DNA of 39,561 nucleotides, from positions 2,468 through 42,028 of the forward strand of contig JAOZMY010000008.1 in the NCBI GenBank assembly GCA_029934085.1. The letters are read 5' to 3'. Source of the stretch: a bacterium (GTDB lineage Bacteria; Desulfobacterota; S145-22). Below the pieces are notes generated by a model. It searched no databases and was not told where the DNA came from. It saw nothing but the letters and a program-made list of their open reading frames with translations. A program made the translations under genes and the position numbers. Positions 18,301 to 23,936 of this stretch are shown here, piece by piece (position 1 is the first letter of the stretch; each line of letters begins with the position of its first letter).

Positions 18301-18379
18301 CCCCAACAACGCCGTCAAACTGATTTCGTATCAGGAGAACCAGATTTTCTCCATGATCGATCGTATGGCATTAGGGTAA
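15377..18379 (+). CDS. hdrA: Double HdrA-type flavoprotein (short-form-like N-module fused to a full-form-like C-module)
   Basis: 1000 aa. The N-module has VVGSGVSGWAAALN, FPTNRCLMC, CIACGKCEAVCP, CTKCGKCVEACP and AFIQCVGSRDVDHPYCSSACC. The C-module (from about nt 16720) has VGIFLCRCGDEIA, VIGGGVAGLTASQF, VFIQCVGSREGDHPYCSRYCC and terminal CSACEMCVDACP / CQGCGVCTTVCP. Confidence 0.85.
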   Translation: MANNRVLVVGSGVSGWAAALNLASSGVQVSLIEQAPFLGGTLTQVERQFPTNRCLMCTLLPVTERVEAAEFCLRRDFYHPFIDVHLLTALKKVEGEAGNFTVQLETKPRYVVEEACIACGKCEAVCPEEVPDPFNGNLSNRKAIYARSPQGIPHVYVIDEAVCTKCGKCVEACPTNAIDLKQETKSWDLNVAAVVVAAGFDLFDPNNLLQYGWGRYPDVLTSLQLERLLSETGPTQGNWVRQATGEPVKKVAFIQCVGSRDVDHPYCSSACCMIALKEAMFVKEKNPEIETTLYYMDLRDFGKGYYRYREQAAAMGVKFVASRVPDVKYNPATKQLLIRHIGDNDAVTEEAVDQVILAVGQTPSDKSGTLAGMLDLEKDEGGYLVATDLNTTATRRDGIYICGSVREPKDIPDAICEGDAAAAQAIRWVEGPRLEEEKEAHPEVELEPPKVGIFLCRCGDEIAARLDLPSLAEELRKRGNVAFVQEVDYLCLKETTDSLVKQIKDSKVNRVVFAACVPYRFEQQFRSILKEAGLPENFMTITSIREQVAWVHEADSESARRKAAAMVAAAIDRVAGEIPRTQATQPVTGKVLVIGGGVAGLTASQFLAEQGVPVDLVEIEENLGGNFKTTHFLLGGSDPQAFLGDLIEKVQTNENIRVLTKTRVTAKEGSLGRFVITLETPEETFKEVYGGVILATGAKEHEVTEYAYGQHPAVVTMREFGEKLSDPSMPAPKDLVFIQCVGSREGDHPYCSRYCCSKALAHALEVKQRWPECQVSVLYRDIMTYGNRERAYTEAREMGIHFFRYGVDDKPAVEVGGDVVTVRFTDPVLGGKVTVSPDFLVLSNGAEADDREGMADLFGLETTEDGFFKEAEVKFRPVDAPEAGIWLCGLALGPKNVNEVIIQAEAAAARALTVLRKQALRLPHVKAWVSPRRCSACEMCVDACPYHARIKDEDLGYVVVREALCQGCGVCTTVCPNNAVKLISYQENQIFSMIDRMALG

Positions 18380-18393
18380 AGGAGAAAACAGAG

Positions 18394-18816
18394 ATGGAAG
18401 AATTCGAACCCAAGATCATCGGCTTTTTCTGCAACTGGTGCACCGCCACTGCGGCCGACTTGGCGGGGACGACCCGGCTCCAGTATCCCCCCAACCTCCG
18501 GCCCATCCGGGTCATGTGCACGGGAACGGTGGACCCGGTCTACATCCTCCGTTCGCTCCTTCTGGGGGCCGACGCCGTTTTCGTGGGCGGGTGACACCCG
18601 GGCGAATGCCACTATGTGAGTGGCAACCTCAAGGCCCGGCGGCGTGTGGCCATTCTGAAGACCATCTTCGACACCCTGGGACTGGAGAGCGAACGGGTCC
18701 ACCTGGAGTGGATCAGCGCCAGTGAGGGCAAGAAGTTTGCGGACACGGTCAAGAAGATTACAGAAGAGACCAAACAGCAAGGGCCCAACCCCTTAGCCAA
18801 GCACTGGTCCATCTAA
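18394..18816 (+). CDS. mvhD: MvhD/FlxD-family protein (methyl-viologen-reducing hydrogenase delta subunit-like), selenocysteine-containing; TGA at 18592-18594 read as Sec
   Basis: Two tracked ORF pieces (ending at 18594 and starting at 18616) are in the same frame. Joined, they give MEEFEPKIIGFFCNWC...GADAVFVGG-U-HPGECHYVSGNLKARRR...LEWISASEGKKF. This matches the MvhD pattern with Sec where the family has Cys (GC-H-x-G-x-C-H-Y). AGGAGA Shine-Dalgarno lies upstream of ATG 18394, and a hairpin follows the TGA. Confidence 0.85.
18598..18639 (+). promoter_or_regulatory. Candidate bacterial SECIS element
   Basis: Apical hairpin GCCACU-AUGUG-AGUGGC (18608-18624; 6-bp stem, GU-containing loop) starts 14 nt after the UGA. 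It is extended by an outer stem CCGGGC (18598-18603) / GCCCGG (18634-18639). Pairing checked by hand only. Confidence 0.55.
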
Positions 18817-18828
18817 CGGGAGACACCT

Positions 18829-19950
18829 ATGGCCAATAAATGGATAAAACACCCACTGGAAAACCGGGACGCCCTCATTAAGGGGTGGCTGAAGACCCTT
18901 TTGGAGAAGGAGATTGTGAAGGGGGTTGTCGTCCCCTCCCTACTTCCCTCGGGGGCGAACGCCGCCCAGAGCCTTATCACCGATCCGGCCATGCTGGAGA
19001 ACACGGATCCTTTCGCTCCGGTCATGGCGGTCAGCACAGCGAAGATCATTTCAAAAATGACCCGGCTCAAACCGATGGAGAAACCGGTGGCTGTCCTGCT
19101 CCGTCCATGCGAGCTGCGCGCCACCATCGAGCTGACGAAGCTGAAGCAGGCCAATTTGGACAACTTGCTCCTCATCGCCATGGATTGTGCAGGGACTTTT
19201 AGCGTGAAAACCTACACCTCCCTCGTCCAGGAGGGGGCGAATTTCGTAGAGATCGAGAGGAAGCTCTTCGCCGGAGAGGAGGACCCCCTCCTGCGGCCCG
19301 TCTGCCAAGGATGTGAATGGTCCGTCCCGGACAACTGTGACATCACCATCGCCTGGCACGGATTGGACGAGAGCAGTTTCGGCCTCATCGCCCACACAGA
19401 GAAGGGCGAGGCCTCCCTGGCGGAGATGGAAGGCGAGGCCTGGGAAAACGGGGAAGAGGCGCGCGCCGCCGCCGTGGAGAAATGGACGAACGACAAGATC
19501 GCCAAGCGGGACGCCCAGTTCGCCGAACTGAAGGAGCGGGTATCCGGCGTGGAAAACCTCCTGAAGACCTACGCCGCGTGCATCAACTGCCACAACTGCA
19601 TGACGGTCTGTCCCATCTGCTTCTGCAAGGAGTGTTTCTTCGACTCCGCCGTCTTCGAATTCGAGTCTGACCGGTTCATGGATTGGTCCAGCGCCCGTGG
19701 GAACCTGAGACTTCCCACCGACACGCTCCTCTTCCATATCGGCCGGATGAACCACATGTCCACCTCGTGCGTGGCCTGCGGCATGTGTCAGGACGCCTGT
19801 CCCAACGACATCCCCGTGGCCCAGATCTTCAAGATGGTGGGCTTTAACACACAGCAGCGCTTCGACTACGTTGCGGGGCGCAGCCTGGACGAACCCGTCC
19901 CCCTGGCCGACTTCCGGGAGGACGAACTCCATGAGATCGGAGGCGAATAG
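18829..19950 (+). CDS. Fe-S electron-transfer protein, FlxB/FlxC- or sulfhydrogenase-beta/AsrA-like
   Basis: 373 aa. C-terminal half has CINCHNCMTVCPICFCKEC followed ~60 aa later by CVACGMCQDACP. As I recall, this CxxCxxCxxxCPxCxC arrangement is seen in AsrA, Pyrococcus hydrogenase beta subunits and FlxB/C. The N-terminal half (LRPCELRATIEL...AMDCAGT) is FrhB/FdhB-like. Position directly after mvhD matches the flxD-flxC order. Confidence 0.6.
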   Translation: MANKWIKHPLENRDALIKGWLKTLLEKEIVKGVVVPSLLPSGANAAQSLITDPAMLENTDPFAPVMAVSTAKIISKMTRLKPMEKPVAVLLRPCELRATIELTKLKQANLDNLLLIAMDCAGTFSVKTYTSLVQEGANFVEIERKLFAGEEDPLLRPVCQGCEWSVPDNCDITIAWHGLDESSFGLIAHTEKGEASLAEMEGEAWENGEEARAAAVEKWTNDKIAKRDAQFAELKERVSGVENLLKTYAACINCHNCMTVCPICFCKECFFDSAVFEFESDRFMDWSSARGNLRLPTDTLLFHIGRMNHMSTSCVACGMCQDACPNDIPVAQIFKMVGFNTQQRFDYVAGRSLDEPVPLADFREDELHEIGGE

Positions 19951-19953
19951 ACC

Positions 19954-20532
19954 GTGGACTATCAACTAACGAACCAACCGGTCCGACAGGATCCCTCCTT
20001 CGCCAATGAGATCATCGAGGCAACAGGGGTCCGGGTGGATCGTTGCTACCAGTGCATGACCTGCACGCTGGGATGCCCCGTGGCGGATGCCATGGATTTC
20101 CCGCCCAACCAGGTCATGCGGCTCATCGACCTGGGAGCGGAGGAGATTCTTCTCTCCTCGCGCACCATCTGGATGTGCGTGACCTGCGAGACCTGCTTTG
20201 CGCGGTGCCCCAACCAGATCGATACGGCCGCCGTGATGGACTATCTGAGGGAGAAGGCTACGGCCAAGGGAATCGCGGTGCCCGAGGAGCGGATTCAGCT
20301 CCTCCATCAGGTTTTCGCGGAGAACATCAAGTCGTTCGGGAAGGTACATGAGGCCACCATGCTCATGGCCTACAAACTGAAGAGCAAGGACTTCTTCTCG
20401 GACATGGGCATCGGCCTGAAGCTCTTTCTGAAAGGGAAGATCCCTCTCTTCCCGTCCAAGGTCAAGGGGCTGGATGAGGTCAAGCGGATCTTCGAGAAGA
20501 CCTACGACCAAACCTTCGGAGGGAAGTCGTGA
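19954..20532 (+). CDS. hdrC: HdrC-like 2x[4Fe-4S] protein (HdrC-2)
   Basis: 192 aa with a GTG start 10 nt after GGAGG. Carries CYQCMTCTLGCP and CVTCETCFARCP. Longer C-terminal tail than HdrC-1. Confidence 0.8.
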   Translation: MDYQLTNQPVRQDPSFANEIIEATGVRVDRCYQCMTCTLGCPVADAMDFPPNQVMRLIDLGAEEILLSSRTIWMCVTCETCFARCPNQIDTAAVMDYLREKATAKGIAVPEERIQLLHQVFAENIKSFGKVHEATMLMAYKLKSKDFFSDMGIGLKLFLKGKIPLFPSKVKGLDEVKRIFEKTYDQTFGGKS

Positions 20533-21389
20533 AATTCTCCTACTACCCGGGGTGCACCGTTCACTCCACGGCCATCGAATACGCCCGGTCCATCGACGCC
20601 GTGGTCGCCGCGCTGGGGGTCGAACTTGCGGAGATCGAGGACTGGAACTGCTGCGGTGCCGCCGCGGCCCACAGCATTCATCGGAAGCTGGGGCTGGCCC
20701 TTCCCGCCCGAAACATCTCCCAGGCGCAGAAACAGACCCATCTCTCCCCCGACCTGGTTACCTCCTGCCCCGGTTGCTTCAATGCCCTGAAACGGGCGGA
20801 CTACGCCCTGCGCAATGACGAAGAGACCCGGAAGGAGATCGAGGAAACCGTGGGGTTTGCCTACAACGGGGAGGTTCGCATCCGCTCCCTGATGGAGGTT
20901 CTGACCCACGAACTCGGCGAGGAGGTTCTGAGCGCCAAGGTCAAACGGCCCTTGGACAGGCTGAAACTGGTCTGTTACTACGGTTGCGCCCTCGTGCGGC
21001 CCCATGCCGTCACGGGGCTCGAGAACCCGGAAAATCCCATGATGATGGATAATCTGATGAAATGGATGGGGGCGGACGTGCGTGACTGGTCCTACAAGAC
21101 CGAGTGTTGCGGGGCCGACCTGGCCCTCACCCACGGGGACATGGTCCAGAAGATCGTGGGACGCCTGATAGACCACGCCCGGGAGGCGGGCGCGGAGGCC
21201 GTCGTCACTTCTTGCGGGCTCTGCCAGGCCAACCTGGACATGCGCCAGACGGGGACAGATCCCCTGCCCGTCTTCTACTTCACCGAACTGATGGGGGTCG
21301 CCATGGATCTACCCAATCGCAAGGGTTGGTGGTCCAAGCATATCGTGAACCCGGGCCCGCTGCTCGCGCGGCTGGGATACGAATCATAA
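20529..21389 (+). CDS. hdrB: HdrB-like protein with two CCG domains (HdrB-2; SdhE/TfrB-like position)
   Basis: 286 aa with a GTGA overlap start. Two complete CCG units (YPGC/NCCGA/SCPGC and YYGC/ECCGAD/SCGLC). Confidence 0.85.
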   Translation: MKFSYYPGCTVHSTAIEYARSIDAVVAALGVELAEIEDWNCCGAAAAHSIHRKLGLALPARNISQAQKQTHLSPDLVTSCPGCFNALKRADYALRNDEETRKEIEETVGFAYNGEVRIRSLMEVLTHELGEEVLSAKVKRPLDRLKLVCYYGCALVRPHAVTGLENPENPMMMDNLMKWMGADVRDWSYKTECCGADLALTHGDMVQKIVGRLIDHAREAGAEAVVTSCGLCQANLDMRQTGTDPLPVFYFTELMGVAMDLPNRKGWWSKHIVNPGPLLARLGYES

Positions 21390-21436
21390 CAACGGCTTTT
21401 CATGAGAGGAAGACATAAATTGGGAGGAACAAGGTT

Positions 21437-22213
21437 ATGACAACCACCGTTGCCAAAGACGCCATGCGCAAAGGAGACAAGACGGTCATCGCCGAAGGAA
21501 CGCGGATGATTCCCATCTACGTGATGGGGAAACGCTACTTCGTTCCGGAGACTCTGACCATTCAGAAGGCAATGGAATACGCCGGCTACCAATTCATTCG
21601 ATCCTGCGGGTGCCGCGGGGGGATCTGTGGGGCCTGCGCCACCGTCTACCGGCTGGAAGGAGACTACAAGCTCTATTCCGGGCTTGCCTGCCAGACTGTG
21701 GTGCAACCCAACATGTATCTCGTTCAGATTCCCTTCTTTCCCGCCAACAAGGTTGCTTACGACATCGAGAAGCTTCCCTACGACGTCACGGCCATTCAGA
21801 CCACTTACCCTGAGACCTTCCGCTGCGTTCAGTGCAATGCTTGCACCAAGGTCTGTCCCATGGACCTACAGGTCATGGACTACATGGCGGCGGCCATCCG
21901 GGGAGACATCGAGGCGGTGGCGGAGATGTCCCGGAGCTGCATCATGTGCGGGCTCTGCACCTCGCGCTGTCCTGCCGAGACCAACCAGTACAACATGGCA
22001 GAGCTCTGTCGCCGGTTGTATGGCCGCTACGGGCAGAAGAAGTCCCAGCAGGTGGCCAAGCGGGTGGAGGAGATCAAGGCGGGGAAATACGATCCCATGA
22101 TCGAAGAACTCCAATCTCTCCCCTTGGAAGAGCTCAAAAAACGTTATGAAGAGAGGGAATGGGAGCCCGTCATGAGCGAGGGATGGGAACCGAAAGAAAC
22201 AAAATATCTCTAA
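21437..22213 (+). CDS. sdhB: Succinate dehydrogenase/fumarate reductase iron-sulfur subunit-like protein
   Basis: 258 aa. N-terminal 2Fe-2S pattern GCRGGICGAC...LAC (compare SdhB CREGICGSC). Then CVQCNACTKVCP and CIMCGLCTSRCP: both distal motifs are full 4-Cys, with no 3Fe-type CxxxxxC motif. GGGAGG Shine-Dalgarno. Confidence 0.82.
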   Translation: MTTTVAKDAMRKGDKTVIAEGTRMIPIYVMGKRYFVPETLTIQKAMEYAGYQFIRSCGCRGGICGACATVYRLEGDYKLYSGLACQTVVQPNMYLVQIPFFPANKVAYDIEKLPYDVTAIQTTYPETFRCVQCNACTKVCPMDLQVMDYMAAAIRGDIEAVAEMSRSCIMCGLCTSRCPAETNQYNMAELCRRLYGRYGQKKSQQVAKRVEEIKAGKYDPMIEELQSLPLEELKKRYEEREWEPVMSEGWEPKETKYL

Positions 22214-22240
22214 TAGATTGAAATACCTGGAGGATACAGC

Positions 22241-23917
22241 ATGGCTTACACCCCGGAAATGAAAGAACTAATCAAGCGGGTCGAGGCAACCCGTCCAGAA
22301 AGGGTCGAGCGGGTCAAGCAAGGGATCCAGTTCCCGAAACTCTCCCTGGAAGAGTCACAGCGGCGCCTGAAGACCTATCATCCCGACTACAAGGAAGAGG
22401 GGCGCCGGGAGTTCAAGATCGGGCCCAACAAGGGGGACGGCCACTCCTACCCGGACGAGGTGGTGGATCTCTTCGAGGCCAAGAGCCGAATCGATCCCGA
22501 GATCGTGGACCTCTCGAAACCCGACTATGAAACGGATGTCCTGATCATTGGCGGCGGTGGCGCGGGGACCACGGCCTCCCTCTTTGCCCAGGAAAACGGG
22601 ATGAAGGTCATCATCGCCACGAAACTCCGCCACGGGGATGCCAACACCATCATGGCGGAGGGCGGGATTCAGTCGGCCGACTCCACCAAGGATTCTCCCT
22701 ACTACCACTACCTGGACATCATCGGCGGAGGGCATTTTACCAACAAGCCTGAGCTGGTGAAGGTGCTGACTCTTGATGCCCCGCTCATCATCCAGTGGCT
22801 GGAGAGCCTGGGCATGAACTTCGACAAAACCCCGGACGGTGAAATGCGGCTGCTGGCTGGCGGCGGCACCTGCCGGAAACGAATGCATTCCTGCGGGGAC
22901 GTCACGGGTGCGGAGATCATGAGAACCATCCGAGATGAGGCCCGCAACCGCCGCGATGACATCACGGTGCTGGAATACCAGCCCGCGGTGGAGATCATCC
23001 TGGACGAGGACGGCAAGGCCGCCGGGGCACTCCTCTACAACATGGAAACGGAGGAGTATACCATCGTTAAGGCCAAGGCCGTCATCATCACCACCGGGGG
23101 ATGCGGGCGGCTCCACATCCAGGGGTTCGCCACCACCAACCACTACGGGGCCACCATGGACGGTATCGTCATGGCCTACCGCTGCGGTGTTCCGCACTGC
23201 TTTCTTTACGCCACCCAGTACCACCCCACCGGGGCGGCCTATCCGGAGCAGAACGTTGGACTCCTCATCACGGAAAAGATGCGCACCGCCGGGGCCCAGC
23301 CCGTCAATATTGATGGGGAGGAATTCACCTTCCCCCTGGAGCCCCGCGACGTGGAATCCGCCAACATCATCCGGGAGTGCATGGACGTGGGTAAGGGGAT
23401 CCCCACCCCCGTGGGCCGGATCGGCGTTTGGCTCGATACACCCATGATCGACATGCTGCGTGGCGAGGGCACAGTGGAACACGACTTCCCCGCCAAATAC
23501 ATCCAGTTCAAACGCTACGGGATTGACATCAGCAAGGAACCACTGCTCGTCTATCCAACACTGCACTATCAGAACGGCGGCGTGGAAGCCAATGAGTGGG
23601 GCGAGACCAAGATCCCCGGACTCTTCGTTGCCGGGGAGGTCCTGGGTGGCATCCACGGGGAGAACCGACTGATGGGCAACTCACTGCTCGACATCAACGT
23701 ATACGGCCGCCGGGCCGGGATCCGGGCCGCGGAATACGTGAAAGAGGGGATCACCCTGAAGAAGCTTACCCTTGAGCACGTCCGGGCATATCACAAGGAA
23801 CTGAAAGAAGCCGGAATCGAGACGGACCGGATCTCCCCCATGCTCCTGCCCGACTACTCCAACCCCGAGGTCCGGGCGAAGCAGCTTACCGCACGGTATT
23901 TCGGGACGCTACGGTAA
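22241..23917 (+). CDS. sdhA: Succinate dehydrogenase/fumarate reductase flavoprotein subunit-like protein
   Basis: 558 aa with DVLIIGGGGAGTTASL, TIMAEGGIQSA, YHPTG and FVAGEVLGGIHGENRLMGNSLLDINVYGRRAG. About 98 aa precede the FAD motif. Asn sits where FrdA/SdhA carry the FAD-linking His. Confidence 0.85.
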   Translation: MAYTPEMKELIKRVEATRPERVERVKQGIQFPKLSLEESQRRLKTYHPDYKEEGRREFKIGPNKGDGHSYPDEVVDLFEAKSRIDPEIVDLSKPDYETDVLIIGGGGAGTTASLFAQENGMKVIIATKLRHGDANTIMAEGGIQSADSTKDSPYYHYLDIIGGGHFTNKPELVKVLTLDAPLIIQWLESLGMNFDKTPDGEMRLLAGGGTCRKRMHSCGDVTGAEIMRTIRDEARNRRDDITVLEYQPAVEIILDEDGKAAGALLYNMETEEYTIVKAKAVIITTGGCGRLHIQGFATTNHYGATMDGIVMAYRCGVPHCFLYATQYHPTGAAYPEQNVGLLITEKMRTAGAQPVNIDGEEFTFPLEPRDVESANIIRECMDVGKGIPTPVGRIGVWLDTPMIDMLRGEGTVEHDFPAKYIQFKRYGIDISKEPLLVYPTLHYQNGGVEANEWGETKIPGLFVAGEVLGGIHGENRLMGNSLLDINVYGRRAGIRAAEYVKEGITLKKLTLEHVRAYHKELKEAGIETDRISPMLLPDYSNPEVRAKQLTARYFGTLR

Positions 23918-23936
23918 TACCGAGAAGGAAGCGGAG

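Noticed and set aside
18193-18594. The tracked 133-aa ORF and the separate 66-aa ORF 18616-18816 treated as two independent genes
   Set aside because: The first 67 codons of the 133-aa ORF overlap the 3' end of the 1000-aa hdrA gene in another frame and look like noise. The conserved MvhD sequence begins at ATG 18394 and continues in frame across the TGA into the second ORF, so I merged them as one Sec-containing CDS.
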